The notes under the pieces: generated by a model | Told to the model about the DNA's origin: nothing | The model's database searches: none | What the model saw: only the letters and a program-made list of their open reading frames with translations | Made by a program: the position numbers and the translations under genes | Part shown: piece after piece, positions 35,540 through 49,399 of the stretch | Position numbering within the stretch: the first letter of the stretch is position 1 | Layout of the letters: every line of letters begins with the position of its first letter | Source: Eledone cirrhosa | Lineage: Eukaryota | Direction of reading: 5' to 3' | Assembly: GCA_964016885.1 (NCBI GenBank) | Contig: OZ024743.1 | Location: 193,068,001-193,132,000 of the forward strand | Length of the DNA stretch: 64,000 nt

Positions 35540-38245
35540 CTACAGTTCTAATTTGCGATGTTTTACTTTAGAAAATTTTTCAATCACGATGCTGAAGTCA
35601 ATTTTTTCAGCCAGTTCTCGCTCTATGTACATCATTGCCAGAGCATTCAACCGCTCTTCACTCATGGTACTACGCAAATAATTCTTTATCAGTTTGAGCC
35701 TGCTGAAGGTTCGCTCAGCCTGCGCCGAGCTAACCGGAATAGTTATGAACATTTTGTATAAGGCAAACACGTTCGGATAGGCTCTATCTAAGTCATTAGA
35801 AATCATAAACGGAACGATCTCAGAACTCGATATGGATTTATCTAAACACACTTCCTTGTAAAAATCTTTGAATGATAAATATTCATCGAAGATGTGTCAT
35901 TTTCGATGTCACCCTCGTAGAATTTCGCAAGATTATCGATTCTCTCTTTATTGCATGTGTTGTCGTCGTCGAAGTGCGCCGGTATCAAGCACGAAAAATC
36001 CTTCACTAGACCGTGCAAGTCGGCAAAACGTTCGTTAAAGCTACTAATGATTCTATCTAGGATAGTGAAATAAACGTCCCGTTTAAAATGCTGACTCATC
36101 GTCTCATGAGGTTCGTCACTGGCATTTTTGTCATGAAAACGCTTCTTTTTTCTTTTCCGTTTTTCTGTTGTAAACTCTGGTTCAACTTGACATTGCTCGG
36201 CGAGATTTTTAGTCTCTGATAATGTTCGGTCAAAATATTCATTTGAGCGGATTTCTTCAATTTCTTTTACTACAATTTTAATCATGACGTCCGCGGAATA
36301 TAAGTCGATAGCCTCCTTCTGCAAATATTGTGAAACAGAATGCAGCTTTTTAAGTAAATTCTGAAAAAACTTCAACATGAAAATGAATTCAAACTTGCTC
36401 ACATTTAGTAGCAAACCTCTGGCCTCAGTTAATACTTTCGGAGAAGTGTTGCGAACATCCCCACTTACTATCCTCTCTAGTGCACTCATTACTGCCGGTA
36501 AGTTGTTAATGGTAGCCTCTACAGCCTGAATGTGACTAAACCAGCGGGTATCTGAGAGTCTTTTTAATGTTAATACCGTTGAAGTCAATAGTTTTTCTTG
36601 TTCTTCTTCGAGGATTTTCAGCCTTGGCAAGCTTGATGTTAAGAAAACATACAGGCTCTCCAATGTACCAAAAAATAATTTACCATCCATTGACGATTGG
36701 CTAGCATCGATTAACACCAGGTTCAGGTTATGAGCACAACAATGGACGTAAACAGCTTTCGAAGAGCATCCCTCTTTAACTCTAGCCTGAAGCCCAGAAA
36801 TATGGCCGGACATATTCGACACTCCGTCGTAAGCTTGTCCTCTAATATATTGAGCATCCAAGGAGGGATCCTGGAAAAGAACTTTCACAAGCGTATCGAA
36901 AAATGATTCAGCGGCTGCTGATTTTAGTTCACAAAATGACAGGAAACGCTCCTGTGCGTGGCCACTTTTCGATACATATCGCAGTGACACAGAGCATTGA
37001 TCCTGATGCGAAATGTCTATTGTGGAATCGACAATGACTGAATAGTATTTTGCCTCTTTCACTTCCGTGATTATTTGTTGAGTACATTCGTTCGCCAGGC
37101 ATTCTATGAATTCGTTTTGTAATTTTGGACTGTCTTTTAGTGCGCCCAGGCGAGAAGAAATGGCTTTCCAAGATCGTATCATACTTGGCTCTCAATTTCA
37201 ACAATTCAATAAAGTTTCCTTCATTTTCTGATTTGGCGCCAAGTCCAGCATATTCCCTGTGACCTCTGAAGGCCAGGCCTTGTTTTACGAGAAATAACGT
37301 ACAATCAAGCAATCGCCCCAATATCTGGCGATTTCATTCAATTCGCTTCTTCTCTTCATGGATGAGGTTATCGATCACCGTTTTATTTGCGTCCAAATGA
37401 TATTTTGTCATGAAGTATTGCTTTTGTGCATTGATGTGAATGGTACTTTTCTCATGATTGGCAATTTTTTCGATTCCCTTTTTGAAGTCTGCCATCCCAC
37501 ACTCTGGATTACCCCAAGTCTTCGAGTAAGATTCAGCATTTTTATCAGCAAACAGCCAACAACAAAAGCAATATAGTCTGTTGGATTCAGGAGAGTATAC
37601 TAACCAGTGTCGGTCAACTTCATGGATTCCAGCACACTTTCTCTTGTACCAACTGATGTTGAATTTTCTGTGGTTCGAGTCGAGAGGGAAATCAGCAAAA
37701 TTATCTTTAAATCCTGGCTGACAAGGACCAACGGCCATGAGGGCACGAATTAGAGGTGTCGTCAATGGTCTGTCTTCGAAATGTTTCGGGTCGCTTGGAT
37801 ACTTCTCTTGTAAATTCAACATGCACTCTACTGGCTCATGCTCTGGGATTTGTTTTGCCGATGTAGTTTCCTCTGAATCATTTTCATTTTCAGATTCCGA
37901 TACAGCCATTTTTCCCTCTATTGAGTTCGGATCCCCAGTTGGAACTATATCTTCAGTGACTACGACGGTTGTTGAGATAGTCGATGGACCTGAGGCATCT
38001 TCGACGTCAGGTTCTCGCGACTCTCCAGTGCTTTTCTGTTTCTCCAGTTCATCTGACCAGACCGACTCGCCGGAAATTCCGGCAGTTACATTGGTTTGGT
38101 ATGCGTCACTACTTGTTGACGAAGACTGTTGACTTTTCAGAAAACTTGTGATTAGATGACATTTCTTTGCAGATTCTTCCCTGGCAGCTTGTCTAGCTTC
38201 TTTCCTCTTTGTTGCTCCAGTTTTGTAATTTTTTTTAGGCAACAT
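35540..38245 (-). pseudogene. hAT transposase, ~890 codons, one nonsense codon (37334-37336) and two frameshifts (~37150, ~35870)
   Basis: TTF-type zinc finger (WLVYS..LYCFCCWLF..HEKS..H), QGLAFRGH/GNFIELL, IVDSTIDISH (catalytic D), GQAYDG, HCCAHNLNL, TRW, and AERTFSRLKLIKNYLRSTM dimerisation domain. Confidence 0.92.
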
Positions 38246-39205
38246 TCTTAATGAGCACTATATTGACACTGTTGGAATAATGCAATTCGCTTGATTTGAT
38301 ATTCAACACTGAAGAATGTAAAACACGTCAAATAATCGACGAAAAACAAAACACAAAACATAGAGCAAAAGTCCAGGAAATATATATATATAACAGATTA
38401 ATCTACCGGAGTAAACGGTAGTGTCGAATCCGTATAGAGAACTCAATGTAATCCAAATGTGGAAAAATCATAAAAAATACATGTAGTTAATTAATAATGT
38501 AAAACAATTGGAAGACAGAGTCAAAATAAGACATTGAAAAACAATGAAAAATTAAACAAAGAACATGTTCTTCCTATTAATATTGATTTACACTTTAACA
38601 GACGATCGTTTCAAGGGATCAGATATTGGCATGTGTATTTTCATTAAGATATATATATATATATATTTTATATTTTACAAATTATACAAAGAAAATACAA
38701 CATACCTCCATCCGCTCTCTATCGTCAGTGTTGAATGAAAACTAATTTTATTACAAGAATAAAAAACATATCAAAATATAAAGGAACATTGACCGATGGT
38801 ATTCAATGGCTGGTTTCTAAATCAACAAAATCCATCGGCTGAAAAGGAGATGAAAGATGAAATTCAATGGAAAGCAGTGAGAGGATGAGGAGGGGTGTTA
38901 CAATAGAGGAAGTCAATTAGGTCAAAGTTCTGGACAGAATATTTAAGGACAGCAGAATGTCAGATATCAAGTTACAACTTTAGAAAGTTCATGATGAGAA
39001 CGAATATTATATTCCAACTAAATATATATTTGTGTGTATATACTCATGCATAATTATACTTTTAATTAAATATTAGGTTAAAAAACTGAGTATCGAGAAT
39101 AACATAAGTATGTATTACAACATTTCAAACAAAAAGAATAATATAGAATTTAGATATCAAATCATTTATATATATTTACAAATCAAAGAATATAACAATC
39201 GGTTT

Positions 39206-39420
39206 TTAATGAGATCCCTGTGATTGAGGCAAGGCTACTAATTTGTCAATGTTTGGTGTCAAAGCCGTTAGAGAGAGTCGTAAACCACCTCTTCTTTCTA
39301 TATCAAGGCGATTTCCACTTTTTGAAAGCAGATGCATAACCCGACTGAAACCTGACTCAACTAAATAAGATGTGGAGAAAGCAAATAAAAAAAATGTAAC
39401 GCTTTTATTCGACTGAATAT
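39206..39420 (-). mobile_element. C-terminal fragment of a different (Buster/Charlie-type) hAT transposase
   Basis: FSTSYLVESGFS...NRLDI..RGGLRLSLT..PNIDKLV..QSQGSH*. Confidence 0.8.
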
Positions 39421-39639
39421 TCTCCACACATTTTTTAGATGCAGTTGCCATTTTATCCGAAATATTATATTCTTTAAATAAACAAGAAATTGGTCTTAAC
39501 TTCTAGTCTTATTAAGGGTTTTCTTTAAGTTGTTGTAGTTAAGGATTCGTAATTACATGTGTAATAAGTTATGTGTTTAGAATTATAGCCTAGGGGGCCC
39601 ACCTAGACCGAGAGGAAAGCCAGGGGGGCGGTCCCCTCC

Positions 39640-39850
39640 TAATGTTCTGTTTGGAACACTGCTTACAATTTTTTCCCCTAATTTCCTTAGATAGGAGTTT
39701 GGGATTTGGTGATTCTTTCATCAGCACAAATGATGATCATATAACCACATCAACAATAAAATAGATATTTCCACCATTTGTTGGACTTCCTTTCAATGTA
39801 ATTGGTGGCTCTCAACTGGTCTGCACAGTACATACCATTCAAGTCATCAT
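39640..39850 (-). mobile_element. piggyBac transposase C-terminal remnant
   Basis: ADQLRATNYIERKSNKWWKYLFY and a downstream CKQCSK remnant. Confidence 0.65.
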
Positions 39851-39854
39851 CATT

Positions 39855-42560
39855 ATTTTTACATCTTTTCATGCATGCATTGGTTGGATGAGTCTTTTTC
39901 AGCACAGTATCTCTCCACTCCCTGCATTCCTTTGTCATCTTCTCTGTGAATCTCAGCGATTAGAGATCAGCACTCACCACCTCTGTTCAGGATTTTCTTG
40001 GTCTACCTCTACCGTGGCTTCATTCCACTAGGATTACCTGGCACTTTTTCACCCATGTGCATCACATGTCTGTACCAATGTAGTCTCCTCTCCTGCACAT
40101 CACTTCAGATTCCTCTTAACCCTTTAGCATTCACATTATTTTATATATACTATTATATTTTCATGAGAAAGGCTTTATCTCACATAATATTGAATCTATG
40201 AGATTTTGAAAACAATACCTTAACATCAGTTTGAGTGACCAGTTACAGCCAGTTTCAACAGAAAGAGGTAGAGAATTCTGGCCGGTGTTAAACCCAGCTC
40301 GTCCAAGCTCTGCCTTTCTCTCACATCCAATGAAACATGGTCACTTCATTTCTCTCCAGTCACAGCCCATGTTCCACTACCATGCAGCATCACTCTTCGC
40401 ATACAGTCATCCTTTTGTATATAGGGAGAAACCTTTGTTGTCAACAGTGGGAGTAGCTCTCTAAACCTTTTCCATCCTAACTTTATTGTACCTATAATGT
40501 TCTCAGAGGACCCTCCTCCACTGCTAATTACTGTATATGCTGGTGTACAAGGCAACTGGGCATATAAGATGACCCCCAAGTTTTCAAGTTAAAATGTGGG
40601 TTTTGAGCTACATTCGCTATAATACAACCTCGCCTCCAATCGTATTTTAAAATGTATTGAATTTATTAAATAAATTCAGTAAGCATATACTTTCTTTTCA
40701 CTCAAATTCTAATGAAAAAACGGTGGTGAGATATTGTCAATTAACTACCACAATCTGCACTTACCGTTCCCCTACCATAATCTCCCTGGTAATGATAACA
40801 TGATCAGCTGCTGTTAGCGTAAACACTGGTGACGTCACTTTAAAAAAATACTGGTATATAAAGGTTAATATTTTATTGACAATTGCTTACATGTAATAAA
40901 TTTTAAAATAGTTTAATATAATTCATACAATACATTTTATAATGAATTATATACAACAGAAAAAAAAAAGGAATCTTTTAAAGCCCATTTAGTCCTTGGA
41001 ATGTATCTTTTCCTCTCCAGTCTTGAATCATCTTTCTGTTACACTACTTCTATGGGCCATTCCTGGTTATCTTCCCCTCAGTTATTCCTGTACATACACT
41101 AGCTTGCTCATTATCCCACTACATCTCTTATGTGCCTAAGATTTACATTATGTGTACATCGTATGGAGTTTATGCCTACTCTTTTTCTACATATTAAGCA
41201 GGGCCACTTCCCTGAAGGAATCAGAGTCCCATCTTCTTTCCTACTTTCTAGCACTTTAGTTTTGGCTAAGTTTACTCTGTCCTTTTGATTGCAAAATCTG
41301 TTTCTATAGAACTTATCATTTAGGTCTTTTATGGATTCAGCTATAAGAACCAGATCATCTGCATAGAGAAGTTCCCATGGACAGCCAATTTTAAACTCCT
41401 CTGTTATGGCCTGGAGAATTATGATGAACAGCAGTGGGCTCAGAGTTGAACCTTGAACTACCTATACCATGAATTCCTTGCTAAATTCATTTCCTACTCA
41501 GACTTTACTGACTGCTCCTCTGTACATGCCTCGCACTGCTCTCATAAACCATTCTTCTACCCCTAATTTCCTTAAGGACCACCAGATAATAGATTGAGGT
41601 ACTCTGTCAAAAGCCTTCTCTAGATCAAAAGATAAATATAGTGGTTTATTTTTAGCTCGGAACTTCTTGTAGTTGCCTCACTGAGAGGGTATCTGTAGTA
41701 CTTTTCCCTGGCATGAAACCAAACTGCATCTCATCTATTTTGACTCTTTCCCTAATTAGCTGTGCTATAACTCTTTCTGTTACTTTCATAAGTAGGTCCA
41801 TTAGTTTTATTCCTCTATAATTGGTCCTTTCTAGAGCATTCCATTTGCCCTTGTAGTCAATATATGATTATACTGCTGCATCAGTCATTGGGTATAACTC
41901 CTGTTTTACCCGATTGACTCTGCGGGTTATTAGTCAAACTCCTATTCCCAAGGCTTTTATTATCTCAGCGACTACCTCTGACAGTCCCACAGCTTTACCA
42001 TTCTTCCTTGCTTCTTCGACTCTATAACTGTCAACTTCAATAGCTGGGGATAGTCACTCTTCCCCCCATTCATCAGTCTCTCATTTGAGCATCAATCCCA
42101 GTGTTATTTCTAACACACTGCCTTGCAATACTGCACACTTCACGTCTCTGATCCTCATATCTCAAGATATTGGCAAGCTGTGGTATATCTGTCGTCTAAC
42201 TTCTCTCTTAACTACTTGCTACCCCCATTCTACCACCAGGTCACTCTCTGTCTGGCTGGCGCTTTACTCCAGTCACAAGTCTTGTTTGAAGTTCGCAAAA
42301 ATTTCCAGTTGTCCTCTGTTATATGTACCTAACTCATCAAATGCATCCTGTAGAGCCTTTCTAAACCTAAACTTAATCGAAAGGTCCTTTAGCTTCCAAA
42401 TCCTATTTTCCGTCTCTGTTTTGTTGAATATCTTGTTGTCTTGTGTTTATTTTGATGTAACTTATAACTAATTTGTGTTGGGTAGTACACTCTTCCCTAA
42501 GAAAGGTTTTAGTATTTATTAGTCCGTTTATTTTGTTGTCTTACAAGTAAGTAATCAATT
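39855..42560 (-). mobile_element. Decayed RTE LINE pieces (39855-40530 and ~41000-42560), possibly one element interrupted by DNA-transposon sequence
   Basis: - strand [51 protein letters not shown], and tail. Confidence 0.78.
40120..40287 (-). mobile_element. piggyBac-type MITE family A, copy 3 (one end truncated), inserted in an RTE at TTAA
   Basis: Removing it restores gattcctcTTAAacccagc, continuous RTE-like sequence. Confidence 0.82.
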
Positions 42561-43422
42561 TGGCCTGAGTATTCGCCTGATCAGATGGCGAGCTCAGTAT
42601 AATTTTTTTTATTGCTCTTGGACATGGCACATTGTTGTATTCCCTGGACACTAGTTATGTCATTTGGACTAGCATGAATTTTAATGTCACAACTGTAGTT
42701 GGGATCAGGAAAGAAAATAATTTAAATAAAATCCAAGAATGTTTACAGAAAAAATAAAATAGATAAATAAATAAACAAAAGCAAACATTGAAATGTTAAA
42801 ACATTTTTACCCATGTCAAGCACAGCTCACATTTAATTGCTGTTTCTTTCTTTAGATATACCTACACTGTTTTGATGATAAAATTTAGTTCAATTTGAAA
42901 AAAAGAATAAACACAGATAATAGGAAAATAGCTTTATTGCTAGGGCTTTTAATATTTACAATTTTACATCACTGTTAGTGTCCATTTCTTACAATAGGAA
43001 CTGATAATACACAAAGCAATACACATCTTTAAAAAAAAAAAAAAAAAAAAAACTATGCAAGTGTGATTATTTTCTGAGTTTCTAGGATATATCTAAATAT
43101 TCTAGATCATACATCTCTGGTTTGGATTAAAAAAAAAAAATTCTAGCACCTCCATTTTTTATAAATGAAATTAACCATTAAACATATTTTCTAAAAGAGA
43201 AAGCAAATTAATAACCATTGATTTAAAAATCTAAAGCAACCTACCTTATTGAACAGTAAAATGTTATTAACATAAGTTCTAACACTGAAATATTTAATTA
43301 CAAAAACTCAATTGCAACATAGAGATCTTACAAGTAGTACAACACAGTATTGTTCTTTCTGTGACAAACACAAATCCATTTCTTACAATATGAGACCAAT
43401 GTTAGAAACCAATTTGTATATA

Positions 43423-43591
43423 CAGGTAAAATTCCATTATAACAAATTTTTTCAGTATAACGAACATTTTTTTAACCCCCGAGGTAATAAACAAATACTT
43501 GACTTGTTTCGGTCGATCTCGTTATAAAGAATTTTTCGCTAAACAAATTTTTTTTATACCCCGTGAATTTCATTATAATGGAATTTCACTG
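43423..43591. mobile_element. Tc1/pogo(Tigger)-type MITE
   Basis: TIR cag.taaaattccattataa...ttataatggaatttcactg; TA on the left, CA on the right. Confidence 0.72.
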
Positions 43592-44645
43592 CATAACAAA
43601 ATGCTTTTCTTCTTAAATTCCTCCATTAATTTGACTTAGACTCTTTTCAGTATTAAAAACAAATGAAAGTTGGGAGAATATGAGAAAAGAAATCTTGTTA
43701 CATTCTATAGAAAGAATGTTGATCATCAATTACGTATTTTAAGAAATGGATTTAAATGGTACTTTATTTTATTAACCCCAGAAGGATGAAAGGTAAAGTT
43801 GACCTTGGATTTGAATCCAGAACATAAAAGGCCATAAATATATGACACACTGATAATTGCGTTTCTATTGCTTATATGAAACTACATTTATCTATAGGGA
43901 ATTATGCATTTTAGCAATTTTTAGAAAAGCTTAACATTTGTGACAGCAACTGTTGGATAAGCTCTATTGAAATGTATGTATATGTTTAACTTGTATGTAG
44001 TTTTAACAGCCTCATTAAGTGTGTAGTTGCTTTGATAACAATCTGCTTCCTGTAACACTGTTGTAGTGAAGAACAAAAGATAAAAGCAATTAAACTTACT
44101 CACAGCACTCTTTATTTTATTTTTAAATTTCAATTCTTTTCACAATAACTATACATATATATATAGTTTGAAAGCAAATATATATATATAATGCATACAC
44201 TTATCACAGTTACAGCCAACTTTATACAGTTTTAATCCTGTTGTTTTTCCTCTCTGCATAGAGGTCCATATTTGGTGTCTTCTTGCATCTGCATAGATAA
44301 GGGCTATGAACTAACATTAGCTGATCAGAAAATGCATTTATGGATTCTTGAGTCAGTATTATCAAAATGAAACTAATTTGGTGTGCAAACAGTAAATTAG
44401 CTTATAAATATACATATTTTCACATATATACATATATACAATAAAGTCAACAAGTTGAAGAATATAAAACAAACGGAAACCAATCAGAAATATATTCATT
44501 GATAACAGCCAATCACATGACCTATGTAGTAAAATGTGTTCCATTGATATATCACTACAGATCATGCTATCATTATTTGCAGAAACCTCACCTATGTTAC
44601 CCACCATTTAATTTTGATAAATACTGAAAGATTATTTGGTTACAA

Positions 44646-44844
44646 CTCTTTAGTATTTAAACCAGCCATATCCGGCCAGAATTCTCTCACCTCTTTCTGT
44701 TCAAATAGGCCATATCTGGCTGCTCATACTTATGTTAAGGTATTGTTCTCAAAATAAATATCAAAATCTTGTAGATTTAATATTATGTGAGGTAAAGCCT
44801 TTACCATGAAAATACAATAGTAAATACAGAGTAACGTATTAGGG
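44646..44844 (+). mobile_element. piggyBac-type MITE family A, copy 4
   Basis: Homologous to 12977-13184; ends agggTTAA. Confidence 0.8.
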
Positions 44845-45155
44845 TTAAATTGATAATCAACTGAAAGTGAAAAAATGCCCTTTTACAGCCTGCCATAAAA
44901 AATATTTCCAGCAACTGAAATTCTTAAATAAAGAAATGAAAGAAGCTACATATAGTAGTGAGCTCAAAAGTGAAGTTACATCTTCACCATGAGTAATACC
45001 TCAATTATTTAACATATATTTACAGGGAGATATGTCATGGTAAAAGTTGCATCAACTTGTGATATATGAACCAGTCATGAAAGGCATAGTTATCCAAGTT
45101 TGTATGAGATAACAGCAATTCAGTTATTTAAAAATGATTTGTGTTTAGTGGAGAG

Positions 45156-45186
<31 letters not shown>

Positions 45187-45561
45187 GAGAGAGAGAGAGG
45201 ATGGTTTTTTTTTTATTACTAGCACCTAACTGTTTCTCCCAGAACTGACGGAGTAGATTGTTCCAATCTAGTGTGCATGTGAATATAAACAATTTTGCAT
45301 GTTGTTAGGTGTATAAACAGGCACCGGTGGTAGATAAGACTTGACAAACTATAGTGTTTTCTTGAAGATGTTACATGATATATTAATTGCAGATTAGTGA
45401 TGGTTCCTTTGCAACCAACTGTTTAGTTCCTTCCAATATAGGTATCTTCCTCTAGGGCAAGAACTAATTTAGATTTACTTTGCATTGGTGTATAGGTGAA
45501 GTGTAGCTCCTTTTTCAGTTCCAACTTTCAACAGACTAAAACTTTTAATGTTAGATAACAA

Positions 45562-45657
45562 TTAATCAACATAATCTGTCATCACTATAGTGTTTTGACT
45601 AAGGGTTTGTTGAATCTCTTCATGAAGTCCCAGAGCATAGAGAATTTGCTGTGAAAC
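45562..45657 (-). CDS. VPS13D: VPS13D terminal coding exon (VSQQILYALGLHEEIQQTL...YVD*)
   Basis: ctaacag| acceptor; TAA at 45564-45562. Confidence 0.9.
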   Translation of the reverse strand, partial: VSQQILYALGLHEEIQQTLSQNTIVMTDYVD

Positions 45658-48600
45658 CTGTTAGAAATACAAAAGACAATATTACTTCATTACAGAAAAT
45701 TATGTTACTATCATAAAATCAAAATAAAAATTCAACTTGATGAAAAAGATCCCCTGTCTTATTCTCTGCATAAAAAAAAATATATATAACCAGACGAGCC
45801 ATTGATTTTCTGTTGTAGTAGTTTCAAACAACTGTAAAACAAGTGTTGGCTTGCCACACATCCAAGAACACCAAACTTCAATAGATGAAGCAGCATATTT
45901 AAAGAAAATGTTTGGTCAGCTCATATTTCCAACACAAGAGTTTGCTAACTTGGAGTGAACCTTAAACTTTAAGTTCTTAAGCTATCCATAAAAGAAAGAA
46001 ATATGTGATCATGTTTGACAGTAGTTTTTATCTAATTTACATTTATTATATCACCATTGTCTTGTCTTGCCATAGTCATAAAGGTTCTGTCACAATATGG
46101 TATGTTTTGAGTATTTTAAACTTGGCAGAGCCCAGTCTTCTCCATCTCTGATCACTACAAATTTCCAATAGAGAGAAAGTGAGAGAGAATAATAATCAAT
46201 CCCCAATGGATGAAGTTGAACTTGCTGGGATTTGACTCAGAGCACAGAGATCCAGAATTAAAATGCTACAAGGCACTCTATCCAATGCTATAACGGTTCT
46301 GCCAACTCCCAGTCTTATATCATTATTATTGTAGATTACAAGTTAACTTCTTAATTTTACTAGAGACAAGAGATCTGCTATAATGTTGATGTTGAGTTAA
46401 AATCTATCTGGTACACTCTGTAAAGTAATTGGTGATAGGAAGAGCACCTAACTATAAAAATCATACCAAAACTGGAATGTATGAGTGAAATGTAGCCATT
46501 GACCTGTCTAGGAGGGCAATAACTCTGAATAAGGACTGACTTAGACTGTAATAACTTGTCCAGCACATGATAACATGGGCGTAAAGTTTTCAATGTGTAT
46601 TATGTAATACTCAGAGTCAACACTGAAATCAACTTACCCGTTGAGCAATTGCAAAACTATCACATCGTATGTACGGAGGAGCTCTAATTGAATTCTTCTT
46701 GACAAATTTCACATAGTAATTATCATCTACAAATTAAAACAGTTTAAAAAATATTTTTATACATATAAACATAATTTGCAGTAAATCTTCAGAATTTAGT
46801 TTGATGGAGTTCATAAGTTCAATATAGAAAGATTCACTATAGAAGAAATGGGTAGATCTTAGGATACTGGGTCTTACAGATAAGAAAAGATCAAGATAAG
46901 TGCTGACATGATGTACAATAGAGTTTCCAACTCACATAGGCACAGTAAGGCATGTTAAAACCAACAGAAAATAACTTGAATTAGAGACACTACAAGCAAA
47001 CCATCACAGCAAGGTAGGGCTTCAGCTAGGTCTAGCCTATTCAAGACTAACCCACTAAGTCATAAGGTATCTGTGGCAGGTTGGTCTTAGTTGTATGGAT
47101 AGATAATCAGTGGAGTGAATACTTGGAAGAAAAACAGTTATAGTTTTAGGTCCATAAACTCATATCTTGCTACATGTATTATATTGCTTTATTTTATCTA
47201 GCTTAGTAAAGATTACTAGTTAAGCAGAATAATATTCATATCATAAAGATTGGAAATACCAAGCCCTTTTCAACATAAATCCATTAAGACACTGTCCTTT
47301 CTATTTTTGTCTTTCTTTCAGAATAGCATTCAATATCTGAATACAAGATAGTGACAGTGGCAACTAGACCAAGTCAACCCTTTTGATACCCAACTGTCTG
47401 AAACTGCCTCTGGTTCCACAATATTTATCTACAAAAAAATCTTCAATCATAATTTCATGTAAGAATCTTTAACTTATGTTCAAACCACCAACTTATTAAT
47501 GAGAAAGTTATTTATATTACTATATTTTTTATTATTTTCAAAATATTTATGAATTAGAAAATAGTAACAAAATGGTCAATAGGTATTCAAACAGTATTTC
47601 TCTTTAATGACTGTGTAATAGCTTCAAGTCAGCCAGTGATTTTTATTGTGAACATTTAATGTTTCACAAAGTGGAAGTAACAAAGGAGTGTGCAGGTAAT
47701 TAAGTAGAGGAATTTGCCATACAAACAGTGTATCTACACATGTGCAGATGCAGTAGTTAACTTGTTCCTAGTTACAGAAAAAAAAATGGTTCATATTGCA
47801 GTACAGTTATGGCATAACAATTTTTACAATCCAAGAGAAACAAATATTGCAGACATGTAAGTTAAGAGGAAATACATACTTTTAGAAACAGGCATACAAA
47901 ATTGGATGTCTCGATGGTCAATTTTATAATCGACACTCTGATGTTCGGAGGTTCTATCACACATGAGAAAGTAGACTTTTTTGTTAGTAATGAGAGCACA
48001 CCATTGTCTGCTGCTCTCTTTTCGGACTTGTTCCCAGGCAATGAAACTGAAAATGAGATGAGATTACACAGAAACATTGAAAATAGATAAGATAACATAT
48101 ATAAGTCACAGGACACAATTAACCACACAAAATACTCCAGGGTGTAATTTATCTGACATATTCAACTATTGCTAATAATTTATCTGCACTGTGGTATATT
48201 TTCAAATTCCTCCAATAGCTGAGTATATAACTCAATGTTTATTATGATAAACATTGAGTTATATACTCAGCTATTGATTTTATGTCAACGTTTCCATGTT
48301 GGCATGGGTTGGACACAACGTTTTGAGGCAATATGTTACAGCAGGATGCCCTTTCAGACACCAACCCTTTTCGTTGCTTCTTACAACACAGTACACCTAT
48401 TCTAAACTGGATACACATGGCATAATATACATATGGGCCACTGAGGTGTTTGCTGTGGGCTTCAGGCCTTTTCAAATGTTTTTATGTAAGATACGATATC
48501 ATAAACACGACAAACTTCATACAGTTTACATCAACCAAATTCACTAAAACGACATTGGTTAGTCTGATGTTACAGTTGCAGATACTTGCTCAAGGTACCA

Positions 48601-49356
48601 CACAGTTGGATAGAATCCAAGACCATGTGGTTACGAAATGAACTTTTTAACTACATAGCTGTGTGATGATGATGATCATTGTTTGATGTCCATTTTCCAC
48701 GCCAGTATGGATTAGACGGATTGTCCCATTTGAGGCAAATTGGGTCAGGTGACCGTTTTTGGCTAGATTTCTATGGCTGGATGCCCTTCCTAACGCCAAC
48801 CACATTTACAGTGTGTGCTGGGTGCTTTTTGACGTGACACCTACACGATCACTTTACAGTGTGGGCTGCATGTTTTTGTGATGTTAAAATATTTAAGAAA
48901 TGAAGTAAACAATACTTACAATTCATCAAAATGGTTGCCATTGAGAAGGTGGATGTTTCTTTGCTGTTTAGCATGGTTGACATTATAGTTAGGCAGAAGA
49001 CCACCCAGTCCATGACAACATCGTGGTTCACGAATTCGAACCTGGATTTTATATGATCGTCGACTTGTCTCTCGTGCAGCTGTAGCAGCAGCTGTGGCAA
49101 AGTCCAGTACACCAGTGACAGGCTTGATTACAGTGCCAACTAACCCTTTACTCAAACCGGTGAAAAAGCCCTTGAAGAAATAGTTTATATAAAAAATTAT
49201 CTCATACATGTAATTGAGGTTAAAAGGGTTTTTTAAATGTTTTTTTCATTTTAATTTCTTTTAAATTTTAACTATGTTTTTTTCTCTAATTTATATCATA
49301 AATACATAGATTAGAGAGATATGCACAAGATAGATAGGCAGTTAATAGTGCAACAA

Positions 49357-49399
<43 letters not shown>

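Larger units (their letters stand above)
35203..39640 (-). mobile_element. hAT DNA transposon (Tip100/ZMYM1-like), one TIR present
   Basis: Left end CAGTGGCGTAACTAG; subterminal motifs aaagccagggggg and gggggcccac at both ends; the matching right TIR was not found. Confidence 0.85.

Noticed and set aside
35540-38245. Host zinc-finger gene (ZMYM1/THAP12-like)
   Set aside because: The TIR, subterminal repeats, a nonsense codon and frameshifts indicate a dead transposon rather than a domesticated gene.
38309-38705. 5'UTR intron in the hAT transposase transcript (- strand gag|gtatg ... ttcag|)
   Set aside because: Plausible splice signals, but unsupported without transcripts.
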